In this document: one piece after another, positions 51,280 through 63,220 of the stretch
Position numbering within the stretch: the first letter of the stretch is position 1
How the letters are laid out: the number at the start of each line of letters is the position of its first letter
Assembly (NCBI GenBank): GCA_049724395.1
Contig: JAUGWO010000067.1
Coordinates: 1 to 64,000 of the forward strand
DNA from: Spongospora subterranea f. sp. subterranea
Lineage: Eukaryota
DNA: 64,000 nucleotides
Reading direction: 5' to 3'
The notes under the pieces: generated by a model
The model's database searches: none
Told to the model about the DNA's origin: nothing
The model's input: the letters and a program-made list of their open reading frames with translations, nothing else
Program-made: the position numbers and the translations under genes

Positions 51280-53228
51280 ATGTACAGTGCGCAGTGGGTT
51301 TCCCGGTTCCTTCTGCGTTACGTGCGCAAGCTGCTGCTGTCGTTTCACCTGGCTGGTACACGTTTCCACAGCGACGGCCGATGGGAGATGTCACAACTCC
51401 GTCTGTTATCGCCAAATATATACGAGAGAATCAATGTTAGCGGGGAAGTGCTCACACCCCGTCTGGTCGACAAGGTTCGCAGCGTCCTGAACGCGAAAGG
51501 ACCGAAGACCTGCCGTGACCTTGGACTGTCGGCGCAGCTCGAGTCGATCGAGCATGTCTCAAACGTCGACTTCAGTGCGCTTCCTGCTTTTGTCAAGGCG
51601 TCTTGTGACCCCCGTCTCGCCGAGCACGCCACTAACAAAGGCTGTAAATTCGCATGCTCTACGGTAACTGATCGTGTTTACCTGTGTGCTCTGATTTTGA
51701 AGTAAACTTGTCAGTCTTCGGTCACTACAGCATTGTCGAACGTTTATTTCGCTGTTGGGCAACATCGCCCAGTCGACACGTCGTACCTTTCGCCATGCTA
51801 CCGAAGATTGCCTAGAAAAATGACCTACGGTGCCAAACTCCCGGCGTCCATTCTCCTCCATCGCTCTTCAGACAAGTTATGGATGATGGATAATAACTCA
51901 ACACCATCTACAGCCGAAAGTCGCATTTTGATGGATTTGGGGAAATCCTTGGAGCATAAGTTAACTTTAGACCATGAATATTATGCCCGTCTTGTTTTGA
52001 AAAATGCAATTGTTGCGCCGCTTCCCGTTTCACAGCCTGGATCATCTGCTGATCTGTTCATCTCTCGACATGAATCTTTCGCTTTTACACAAATAGGAAA
52101 TATCATGGTTAGATCTCAATTGGATTGCTCTGATCCACTTCTTCCTCTTCCTAACCAGACGTTTGATCTCAAAACACGCGCCGTGGTTGCTGTGCGCCAC
52201 AATCTCTCAACCTATGAACAACATCTTGCCTATGAAATTTCCACATTAAAAGGAGAATTCAATTCTTTTGAAAGAGAACTTTACGACTTGTCCAGGACCG
52301 CGATGCTCAAATACTCATTTCAGGTCGGTGCTTGATATTTTGCAAATCTTTCTTCACACTCCTTTTAGGTACGCCTGGGAAGGATGCATGGGGTTTTTAT
52401 TGCATACCACAACACGAGCAAATTTTTCGGGTCGGTTATTTGGTTTTTATGATGATATCACATTAATTGACCTGAATATGGCACCATCTAGGTTCGAATA
52501 TCTTTCGCTTGAAGAAATGGATAGAATTCTCTTCGGAGATTCTCGTGCTGCTGATCGGATGTTCGACATTTCCGTCAAGTTGCTCGAAAGAATGCTATCC
52601 GAAATCGTGAATGATTTTTCCAATGAACAAGCGTTGAAGCTTACTTTTCGGGCTCCACAGTCACCACTGGGTTTGTCGACATGAAATTCTCAATTTTGAA
52701 ACACATTTTTTTATCTGTAATGATCAGGGCGTCTTCAGGTATACGTTGAACTAGACCCTCGGATGAGCGACAAATTGACAGAGGAAGAGCTTCACCGCCG
52801 CTTAAAAGATGAATTCGGATTAATTATGCCCGAGGGAGCCACTATTGGAGCGGCACAAACCAGATATGATGAATGTCTCAAGGAGAGCGAGCTTCAGGTA
52901 AACCATGCGGATTCATTATCGGTTTTGTTAAGAATTTGCTTAGTCGCAAGTTTCATATGACATTCTTCCACTTTATGAAAAAGCATCTGCAGGCAGATTA
53001 TTCCTCTATACCTTGAGCGTTGATAATTTTATCAATGGCAAGAAAATCGAGTCCCACAAGGATTGGCTGAGGTTGAGCAGTCCCAGATCGAAGCTCACAA
53101 CACAATATCGGTTTCTCAACGAAACGTCACTTGGTCCGTTATGCATCGCCAGAGAATACTGGTATGCGATGAAAGAAGGAGATCGAGATGGGAAAGACCA
53201 TGGACCCAGGCTTTTCATGTATAAATAA
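51280..53228 (+). CDS. PET127: Mitochondrial RNA-processing exonuclease Pet127-like (multi-exon)
   Basis: LGKSLEHKLT, MVRSQLDCSDP.LP..TFDLKTRAV..VR, SFERELYDL.R.AMLKYSFQVRLG.M.GVFIAYHNT...FGFEY.SLEEMD. Confidence 0.9.
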
Positions 53229-54763
53229 CTCGTTTAACTTCATTTGAACAATGTGAGCGTTGTTGCCGACATATTCCTACGGTACGTTCTAGACTACCCT
53301 ACTCAGGTGCTCCATTCACCGCTCAGTCGACTATTACGAACCATAGAGGTGCCAGATGTGCATGGTACTGTAATCTTCGGTTTTTTTTTCAACAACGGGC
53401 GTAGGAGCTATATGAATCACTTAATTTTCTTGAAACGACTACTGTAGGTCCCAGAGAAATGGCCAGACGGAAATCGTTATCAAAATACGTTATCGATGTG
53501 ATGTGGTATTTTGTCACCTAAATCGTTGTCGATTCCGTGACCTCCAATGCAGTTGCTGCCGCGTTGGTACAGGTTTGCCACGATCTAGGAAAGTGACTAC
53601 GAGTTCTGAAGTGACGACGATCCAGGGAAGGTGACGAAGGTTCATCAGCAATTCGTTGATCCGGTTTGTTGGTAACGAATAGTCGAAGGTCTTTCGCAAT
53701 CCGATACATTCATCAGTCCTTGTGCCTGCAACTCGAACGGGCAAATATACATGACCGACATCTTGCCATAATATTGGCGATGCTAGACTCTTTCATGACG
53801 ATTGAAACCCCTGCTGGACATTGCAAAAGGAGCCGCGATTTGTGAAAAATTAACCTGGCTTGTTGAGATTGTGGCATCGTAGGCAGTGATGCGTTGTGTA
53901 TGGCAGCACCAAGTTTCACAAAGTTGTCTGCGCTGTATGTGAATGCACAGAGAAAAGGATACAGAGATCACAGGTTCTACAACTAACAGATTCTGCATCA
54001 GGCTGATGAACGAGACGAGACGGTGCTACAGCATCTACCCCATCTTCAGCATGATGAAGCCTGTCGCGTTGTCAGCATGATTATCCCCTTAATCATGCGC
54101 TGTATTACCATCTCATCTCGTTTACCACGTGCTGCAGAATGACAGCTGTTCAACATATTCTGTTTGTACTGTGTTGAATTTACATGTTGTACAGTGCAGA
54201 TCATTGCGCTTCACTGTTTCGATGAACAAGCACGATCTTCCTATGAAAGTGATCACTGCGTTCGGGCACCACAGCACCTTCAAAACAAGCGGAGACGTTG
54301 CCTCAGAAGCGAAGCTGATACAAACGCAAGTTTCAGAAACCGTTTGAATGGTTACAGCACCTTTGATTACATCTGCTTCTTTGTTTTCGACCATTGTTGA
54401 ATTAGTTTGTTAATACGCATGTATCCACTTCGAAAGGTATGCCTGTCTCCAGATACCGTCCTTTGGGAAACACCTGCCAATCTAAAATTGTCGCATAACA
54501 GCATTTCCAACGCCCCTGCCAAAAGCTGATTATTTCCCATTTCCCCTTCATCGATGGAAGCTGAATGAATGTCAAGGACGGGTGGTCAGGGGTTCCGCAC
54601 CAAAGTCCGCAACAATCTTTGGCAACTCCGTGGTTGCCAGACGCACTGTTCGGTTCGGCAACCAAGAAGGTTCGTCGAGGCCAATTCTCTTTGGTAAATC
54701 GTCTTCGATCCATCGACGTCGACGCTCAACTTTGTTTCCCCTTTTTGCGTCGAGGAGTACACT

Positions 54764-55114
54764 CTCAAAAATGCCCAGCCATGTGAAGGCAAGCGACGAT
54801 TGAACCGAAATTGACATCAAAATAGCCTTGTGCGATATTCGTACTACATTACGAATAGCCTATTTCTCCCTGACTTTCCCCTAAAAAACGAAACTCCATT
54901 TGATGCGAACTGTGTGACGCAATGAGATATGGTCATTAGAAACCTGGTCCAACATTATGAAAAGAATTGCGTCACACAGTTCGATAAAATGGCGTTTTGT
55001 TTTTTTAGGGGAAAGTCAGGTCGGAATAGGATATTCGTAATACATTACGAAGATCTCACAAGGCTATTAGATGTCAATTTCGGTTCAATCGTCGCATGGC
55101 TGGGCATTTTTGAG
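54764..55114. repeat. Diverged inverted repeat (~155-bp arms, 54764-54923 / 54966-55114)
   Basis: gcgacgattgaaccgaaattgacatc pairs with gatgtcaatttcggttcaatcgtcgc, and cgaactgtgtgacgcaat with attgcgtcacacagttcg. Confidence 0.9.
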
Positions 55115-55361
55115 TCGCTCACAATGCAGGGATGCAATAGAAAGATCAGGTCCCGTTGTCCCTTTGGCCACTCCGATGCGGCTATGTGAGTGTCGACACC
55201 AAATGAATGATAAACAACATTTGCTCCTTCCCAATGAACAAGTTCATCATTTTTATAAAACCACTGTTTCATCGTTATCTCCCGTCTGCCATTCATTAAA
55301 GCCAGTGATGTTGACTGTTTCTGTCGAGGTTGTCTCCGAACCTCTCAATGTTCGTCCAATA

Positions 55362-56020
55362 TCAAATATTTTCTTCTAGTGCTGGTAATATCTCACGCTG
55401 TCGCCAGTTTCTTTCGCTGGTGGAAAATAACAGTCCATGTCGTCCGCTGTGTTCCAACAATGGATGAGATACATGAACCGACGGCACGTATTGCAGTACG
55501 TCCTTACTTCTCTTTGTGAACTCAACGGTTTTCTTATTCCGATTTTTTTTGCAACTGACCAATCGCCTCCTTATGATCCTTGTATTAACAGAGTATTGCG
55601 GGACGATTGTCCTTGAAAAGATTGACAGGTCGCCGGTGGTGGTGCCATTAGCATTTCCTTTCCACCGTTGTAGATAATATCTGATACTGACTCGACGAGT
55701 GCAACAGACCTTTTGAAATTGTTGAAAAGTCTGTTGGGTACTTCGGCTTCGTCAACCAAATCACTACGGCGATGCGCTCTGTTGGCAATACCTTCGTTGA
55801 TGATCACCATAAAAATTGCCCTCAGAACAAGTTTGGTCTCGAAAGGCAAATTTATGAGAGGAAAGAACACTTGCGCCAGATAATCTGTAGCTCCATCCAC
55901 TCCACCTTTTGTCTTGAAATAAAGCGATTGAGAACAGTGCTTGAAGGTTTTGACTGGTTTCATCGGTCCATTCAGCTCATTCTCATCTCGAATTATTCGC
56001 CAAAATCTGTAATGTGACAT
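55362..56020 (-). mobile_element. Possible piggyBac-like transposase C-terminal remnant
   Basis: QSLYFKTKGGVDG resembles the piggyBac Y(N)xxxGGVD motif; frames are fragmented. Single-motif evidence only. Confidence 0.4.
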
Positions 56021-56597
56021 GATAAATATCTGATTCAGTTATGTTAACCTATTGTGGTATTACGACGTTTTGAGCGATGTCCATATTGTGGGCCCACGAT
56101 AGCACATGATCAGCAATGCTCGATAGCGCAGCCGCTACTTTGAATCCATTCGTTGATTAGCACTGTGATATCTGACAGACAATAGGGTGTCATTTAGGGA
56201 ATCGACATTGCTTACGGAAATTCAGCAATTGTTCGATATTTTTCTGTCTCCTTTCACGCAGGTGGCCCAAGTTCGGTTTGCGGTTTCTGAATCGCTCTTC
56301 TTTTGTCGCTGCTGTAAGGTTTGTTTTCCGTTGACGTAAGAACAAGGGTCAGGAAAAACGGTTGATTGATATTGGCTACGTGGAATATTTTACATTTCTG
56401 GGGTTTTTTAACGAGAGTTTGAAATTGCATATCCTGTTCTCTATATATTTCTTCACACCTTGTCATCATCAAATCAATTTCTCGTTGTTGCGCTTTGAAA
56501 AACTAATTACATTGCATTTTTTTCTGATTATTCTGAGATCTTTCGGCAACTGGCTGTGATTGTTGTAATTTGAGGCAACTTGTATTACTGTTTTCTT

Positions 56598-57974
56598 CTA
56601 ATTGGTAGGCAACTGGCTTTCATTCTCTTCATTGGCTTTTTTCACAAAACGGTATGCTTCTCTGAGCACTTTATCCAAGTCGTGGAATAACACCTCTTCT
56701 TGATCGTGACCGTTGAGTTCAAAACGGCGAACACGTTCCTGAACAAATTTCAACGCACTGACAAGCAGATCATTGTCACATTGTGGGGACCCCTTGAGGA
56801 TTTCTTGTTTGAAATTCTCTATCCCAGAAGTTGTGAGACTCTCTTTGTCAAAAAAAAGGGACAGCAGGCGTGTATTTTCATAAATAATCTTCTGACTTGC
56901 TTCGAAGTCGTCGTCCAGCAATTCAGTTTGATCCAGCTCTTGGCCCTCGTTCTTTATCGGTTTTTGGTTGTCAATTTGATCCAGCTCTTGGTCCTCGTTC
57001 TTGATCGGTTTTTGGTTGTCAATTTGATCCAGCTCTTGGTTCTCGTTCTTGATCGGTTTTTGGTTGTCAATTTGATCCAGCTCTTGGTCCTCGTTCTTGA
57101 TCGGTTTTTGGTTGTCAATTTGATCCAGCTCTTGGTCCTCGTCCTTGATCGGTTTTTGGTTGTCAATCTGATCCAGCTCTTGGTCCTCGTTCTTGATCGG
57201 TTTTTGGTTGTCAATTTGATCCAGCTCTTGGTCCTCGTTCTTGATCGGTTTTTTGTTGTCAATCTGATCCAGCTCTTGGTCCTCGTTCTTGATCGGTTTT
57301 TGGTTGTCAATCTGATCCAGCTCTTGGTCCTCGTTCTTGATCGGTTTTTGGTTGTCAATTTGATCCAGGTCTTGGTCCTCGTTCTTGATCGGTTTTTTGT
57401 TGTCAATTTGATCCAGGTCTTGGTCCTCGTTCTTGATCGGTTTTTTGTTGTCAATTTGATCCAGCTCTTGGTCCTCGTTCTTGATCGGTTTTTGGTTGTC
57501 AATCTGATCCAGCTCTTGGTCCTCGTTCTTGATCGGTTTTTGGTTGTCAATCTGATCCAGCTCTTGGTCCTCGTTCTTGATCGGTTTTTGGTTGTCAATC
57601 TGATCCAGCTCTTGGTCCTCGTTCTTGATCGGTTTTTGGTTGTCAATTTGATCCAGCTCTTGGTCCTCGTTCTTGATCGGTTTTTGGTTGTCAATTTGAT
57701 CCAGCTCTTGGTCCTCGTTCTTGATCGGTTTTTGGTTGTCAATTTGATCCAGCTCTTGGTCCTCGTTCTTTATCGGTTTTCGGTTGTCAATTTGATCCAG
57801 CTCTTGGTATTCGTTCTTTATCGGTTTTCGGTTATCATCATTCTGCCCTATTTCATTGAGATCAACAGGCTGGTGTTCTTGACGCAGTTGGGTCTCATCG
57901 TCCTTTAGTCCAATCCCTTGTGCAACACCGAACACTAGAGCGATTCCAAAGACGAAAATCATTGACACCTTCAT
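56598..57974 (-). CDS. Intronless secreted protein with 19 tandem 16-aa repeats; candidate effector or surface protein
   Basis: Signal-peptide-like MKVSMIFVFGIALVFGVAQG, repeat DNQKPIKNEDQELDQI, and a 108-aa unique C-terminal domain. Confidence 0.85.
   Translation of the reverse strand: MKVSMIFVFGIALVFGVAQGIGLKDDETQLRQEHQPVDLNEIGQNDDNRKPIKNEYQELDQIDNRKPIKNEDQELDQIDNQKPIKNEDQELDQIDNQKPIKNEDQELDQIDNQKPIKNEDQELDQIDNQKPIKNEDQELDQIDNQKPIKNEDQELDQIDNQKPIKNEDQELDQIDNKKPIKNEDQDLDQIDNKKPIKNEDQDLDQIDNQKPIKNEDQELDQIDNQKPIKNEDQELDQIDNKKPIKNEDQELDQIDNQKPIKNEDQELDQIDNQKPIKDEDQELDQIDNQKPIKNEDQELDQIDNQKPIKNENQELDQIDNQKPIKNEDQELDQIDNQKPIKNEGQELDQTELLDDDFEASQKIIYENTRLLSLFFDKESLTTSGIENFKQEILKGSPQCDNDLLVSALKFVQERVRRFELNGHDQEEVLFHDLDKVLREAYRFVKKANEENESQLPTN
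56925..57836. repeat. Coding minisatellite, 48 bp x19
   Basis: Unit ttgatccagctcttggtcctcgttcttgatcggtttttggttgtcaat with few substitutions; 304 aa = 19 x 16. Confidence 0.97.
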
Positions 57975-59587
57975 AGTTCAAACAATACTACTATGATTGA
58001 AAAGGTAGATGACGGGATCCTGCCCCGTCACCACTCCCCAGTCAAATGCCGCCGTATACTGACAAGCGCCACAGGTGCACTGTTGTACCGTAGTTTTGCG
58101 GACTGCGGCTGAACAGCCCCGCAAACCCTTAACTCCGTGAGTCGGAGTCCTGCTTACAGCTCCATGTTTTTCACCACCTTTAAGAGGGTCCACTGACTCC
58201 TGTTCCTGCGTATCAGTTGAATCACTTTGCGATTCTCTTTGAGATTACGAACATGGTATTGACTATTTGCCGATTTCTGCAAGTGTGATTACTGAATTTG
58301 AGGTCTCAGGTTTACGATAATGCGTGCAAGGTGACGATAGATAAGCCTCCTCCCCTAAAAAATTGTGTTTCTGTTCCGCAATCATTTCCATTTGATCTGC
58401 CGATGGGTAAGGTAAAGCCAATCTCTGCCGCGGGGGACCGTGGCAGCTTGATGTCAGTTGTACGAGTCGACCAGCCTGGCAAAAAAAATTAAAATCTCAT
58501 TCTGTCACTGCGGAGTTGCAGCATTTGAAGGTGGTCGCTTTATGGTCGACCTTAGTCGGAGTGGATAAGGAAGCAGCGTCTGCTCATGATGCCACTCGCC
58601 TTGCTCAGATTCAATTTCGTGAAGATCACATTCGTCGAAAGCAGGAGTGCCACGATTACGCAATGTGGCAAAAATTGAAAGCAGCATCAACGATGGTAAA
58701 ATATTCAAGGTGCCAGTTATCTCCCTGCCATCATGACGGCCCAAGGAGTTGACATGGCACGCGAGATCAATGATGATAGCGTTTTTTTTTTGCATTTTGT
58801 TGCATCCCCAGTTAGGACGTAACGATTTCGGTATATTCTCGTCCGTTTTTGGACATCTTGTCAAGCCAGAATCGAGACTGGCTTCGCAAGGAAAAGATTT
58901 ACAAATGGATTGACGTTGTGAGCTCTGTCACAAAGGACGACGTCTTGAAGTTTGTACCAGAGTCTAAACTGTCCATTCTTGAAGCAGGGTCAGGCGACAC
59001 TAAGGTCTTCAAGAAAATCCTTTCTGAGTACAAATCGAAAGCGGACGGTTTCAGCTGCAACCAACAGCAAATGACTTTATTGATCAACGATGGAAAATTT
59101 TCTTGTCAAAAGGCAGCTAATTTATCGTATACAAAAAAACAGGTCATGTACGTCAAGATCAACCAGGAGAAATCCCAGATGCCGGGCCGAAAAGGAAACT
59201 AGGAGCCCCTACTCGTTATGAGGAGCAGTGTGATTGGTTGGGAAACCTTATCATTTCACGTTTGCAGCGAGGAGAGCCAATGACACGTGAAGAGGCTTGT
59301 TCCGCAACGGTGATTCGGTGGAGTAAATCGAACGATGTCGACTACACATTATCACCTCATTTCACTTTTGACCACAAAAGTTTGACCTCCAAATGGGAAC
59401 AAATCCTGTGGTCTTATTCCGTGGTCTGCAGTTGACGTTGGCGGAGACGGCGCAGATCCAGTCGCAGGTTTTGAAGGAATCGGAGGTGTGGTAGTCGGTC
59501 GCATTGCGGCGCGAACCCAGTCCTCCCGCGCATTTATCCGGTCATGCGTTCGTCCTTCATGTGTTCCTCCAGATGTTCTGCTTTATC

Positions 59588-60268
59588 ATGTTTTTTTCAG
59601 TCGGAATTTGATACAACGGTTGTTAAAATTTTGACCAACATAACTGGACGCGGTGACCGGCATATTCAACCACGTCCTGGGGGGCGTTTCTCGTTGACGA
59701 CGGCCGAGTGTCGGACATGAATCTGCAATGTGGCCAACATCGCAGTACTGCTGGCCGACTCCGGTTGGGAAACCGGAGCCGTCGCGACTCACAAATTCCG
59801 TAAAGGGATTGAATGCTGACATTCAGGATCTACTGATGATGTTTGCTCACAAGGACGACCTGCACGAGCTTGAAAGACAGGCAAATGAATGCGCCAACCG
59901 CATTCTAACCCGACACTGTTGTCATGGCGACAACAAGATTTTCTCCGGCAGACAATCACGCTCCGTTGGACATCGGCGCAAGCATCGCTGCTGTTCGCAT
60001 GCAGATGACCGACATAAATCACGCTCAACCCCGCGGGGACGGCTCACCGCGGCGGAGCGCCAGCCACGGTTCGATCATGGCCTATGCCTTTATTGTGGTG
60101 GAGCTGGCCACATCGCAGATTCATGTCCGACACTGGGCCGCCGTAAACGACAACGGTTGCTCTGTATTTTGAACAACGCCCCAGGACGTGATTGAATATG
60201 CCGGTCACCACGTCCGTTGTTCAAAATACAGAGCAACCGTTGTATCAAATTCCGACTGAAACAAACAT
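59588..60268. repeat. Inverted repeat (59588-59736 / 60105-60268) with a nested perfect 29-bp hairpin (60150-60178 / 60215-60243)
   Basis: GHIADSCPTLGRR is encoded on both strands. acaacggttgctctgtattttgaacaacg is the exact reverse complement of cgttgttcaaaatacagagcaaccgttgt. Confidence 0.92.
59800..60145 (+). mobile_element. Ty3/gypsy-type Gag remnant with CCHC zinc knuckle
   Basis: KGLNADIQD...RGRLTAAERQPRFDHGLCLYCGGAGHIADSCP; frameshifted, no pol gene follows. Confidence 0.75.
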
Positions 60269-60612
60269 CCACTCTCCTCCTTCGTTCACGCAGAGTGTCA
60301 AACCGATGGCGCAAAGTCTGATACTGTATTTGAACGTACATTTTAATGTATTTACAGGGACTGCGTACTGTGTGGATCACAATCGAGTCGGGCACCGCCC
60401 CATGTACATCCACTCTGACATGTTGTCGTCACCCCGTGTACTGTATACTCATACGTACAGCTGCACAGCGAAAGGGGTCGCTCCGCTTTCGAATCGTGAT
60501 GGCGTCATACAATGTACACCAGCACGGTTCCTCTCTTGTATCATCAGCTCATGTGAGGAACACTATTGTAAAACACTTTATCGCTCGTGTCGAAGACGTT
60601 CGCTGCCTGCCA

Positions 60613-63158
60613 ATGGCACGCCCCGAGCAACATAACGACGATTGGGATAGACTTTGGAAGTCTGATGGGCTGAAAACCGCCAGGGACGTTGAGCAACAAC
60701 TTCGTGCAGATGCTTCTGAGAAGGTCTATTATCCGTTGCCCGAATTGAAATCCTTCAGCTCTGAATGTAAAACCTATAACTTCAGGTCGAGGAATTACGA
60801 AGTCTAATTGGAGACCGATTTCGTGATATTCTCCATACGGCAGATTCTATAGGATCCATGAATTGCGAATTATCTCAAGCCATCGCTGATATTCAAGGAC
60901 TGCTCTCGCAATTCATGAACGCAGGCGAACTTGTTGAGTCGATCAAACAGAAAACCTTATCCAGAATCGCATCTGAGGAAGCTCAAGAAAAGCAACTCCA
61001 ACTGTACCGATCAGCTCGTGTCTGCGCCGCTTTCACCCCTGAACGGGTTTGGCAGGCTATGGATTCTGGCAAATTGTGTGAGAGCGTATCTGAATATCTG
61101 AAGGGAATTGATGCGCTGCAACATTGCGACCTAATTGGCGACTTCTGGGTTGATCAAAGGGGGTCAATCGCCGATCTTAAGCGGCAAATTTTTGAATGTT
61201 GCCGGGATCGTGTCGCAGACGCTGTTGACCCTGTTGCGGACGAGGACGCCTTTAAAGCGATAACATTGCTTAATAAGCTGGACAGCCCGAGCGCGTTCGT
61301 TCAGTTTCTGGATCTACGATATCAGGGAATGCGCCATCTTCTGGAGTCCAATGCCAATAGCCATCAACTAGCCCATCAGATCCGTTTAACTTTTACCGAG
61401 TTTTATGACTGGTTTATCAAACCAGGAAGGCTGATAAATGACGCAATTGACGTCGCAAACCTGAGGTCTACTTTATCAGCGTGGTTCAACGAAAATTTTG
61501 TTGTGCTAGTCACGGGTACGCTCCCAAGTACCCTTAAAAGCTTTGACGCCGAAAGGCTTGCCGCTGATCGTGATCAAGTCTTACATGTATTGTATCGAGG
61601 CAAGACTGCTTCGTGGCCTGTGTCTTTATCAGAAAGCTTTTCCTCTGACATTGACTTATGGGATGCTGTATTCCATAACGCGTTTGAAGAGGCACTTGTT
61701 TTGCAGTCAACTCAGCTTTTTGATCACATTCCGTCATTGCTTTTAGAACATTTGGAGGAAACAATGAAGCTATTTGACGCTGGCGGTCTTAAACAAAGCC
61801 CGAGAAATGGCGCTAATGCACGCCGTAACAGCGTGTTTTGGAGAAAAATGATGGATAAGCAAGGAGAAACTTGGGATCCGATTTTCTCTATTCTGTCAAG
61901 TATTACTGATGTATTCACGAACGCGCTGCAATGCTCGTGTAGGACCTCCTTCTCGCTGACGGATTCATCTATCGCTAATTTATATTCATGTTCAAGACTA
62001 TCGAGTCTTATTTCCGACCGACTTTCACAAATAATTAGGGATCATTGTTTCAATGCGCTTAGATCTGCAGCTGAACTATGTGCTTCTAAAATCAGCGATG
62101 ATTCTGAAATTGAACGCGCTTTGTTTCTTGGGGCGTTATGCCAACGGCTGTGGTTGGGATCTGTCAGTGCTAAGGAAGTGCTTGATTCGGAACAGTTCGA
62201 AAAGTTACGTGGCATATTCTTGTCGGTGACGTTAAAGGCGTATTCTGTTTGGGTGCACTCCCAAGGATCGGCCCTGTGCAATAATCTCCAAATTGCAATC
62301 GTGAAGTCGTTCAAAACGTGGGAGACCATCAAGGTCAATGAACTTGTTGATACCAAAGCTTGGGTCGTCATTGATAATGTTCAAGTTCCCTGTTACGCTT
62401 CTCCGCATTTCACTTCATTGTTGTACAACCTCAATCAATGCATTCAGAATTTGCAGGAAGTGGAGTGTAACGCTGCCGTGTTTTCCTATATTCTTGGCCA
62501 CGTAAGCTCCCTGATCTCAGCAAACGCCACAGATATTCTCCCGGCATTAGCCAAGTTACCTCAACCTGCTCGCATTCAATTCCTTTTTGACGTTTCTTTC
62601 GTGTTTGCTTGCATTGCAATTCCAGCTAATGTACTCACGTCACATAATCTGTCCGATGACTATACTGTTCATGTTGCTACGTTATTAAGGTCTATCCGTT
62701 CCATGATAGATCCCGTTACGGTTTCTGCGATTGATCACCCTTTACGAGAAAATATTTCGGTTCATGTTGCGCGGTGCTCCGTTGTGTTGGGCTCAATATG
62801 TCGCAACGTCCCAGCGGTTTCTCTCCAGAAAATGCGAGCGTTTCAGTCAGCGGCAAACATTATTCCGTTAAGATCCGTCAATAATGTACATCTGCCAAAC
62901 ATTCCTGTTGGCCTTTACACATCCAGAGTCGTTAAGCGGGATGAAATGATTGAGGCAACATGTGATGCAGATCCCCTCAACGAAGCAATCCCTTTAACAG
63001 AATCGCCTAAGAAACCAGATGTATCTTCAGGCGTCGATGCTCGCGTAGCTGCTTCCGCTACGAAGTGGTTCAATGACGCCACTATCGGTATCAGTTCCGC
63101 CACAAGCGGGTTTTCTTCTATGTTCAAACATTATTCTAAACAGCAACATCCATCATAA
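60613..63158 (+). CDS. COG1: Conserved oligomeric Golgi complex subunit 1-like (Vps51/Vps67 N-terminus), 2 exons
   Basis: Spliced EK|VEELRSLIGDRFRDILHTADSI, TPERVWQAMD, and C-terminal IQFLFDV.F and IDP motifs. Confidence 0.8.
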
Positions 63159-63220
63159 GCTAGTTGTATCTGTCTATGATCAAATTCCGTACCTTTCAAA
63201 ACGATTACGGTTTCTAGGAA

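Noticed and set aside
53685..53720. Minus-strand ctgatga...gaaa resembling a hammerhead core
   Set aside because: Stem II does not close with the required pair, and no convincing stems I and III were found.
56925..57836. Regular 48-bp repeats as a possible CRISPR array
   Set aside because: There are no unique spacers; the units are contiguous, in frame and inside a eukaryotic signal-peptide ORF.
56700..57908. 402-aa hydrophobic + strand ORF and 262-aa alternative-frame - strand ORF
   Set aside because: Shadow frames of the stop-free tandem repeat; only the 56598-57974 frame has an ATG, a signal peptide and a unique C-terminus.
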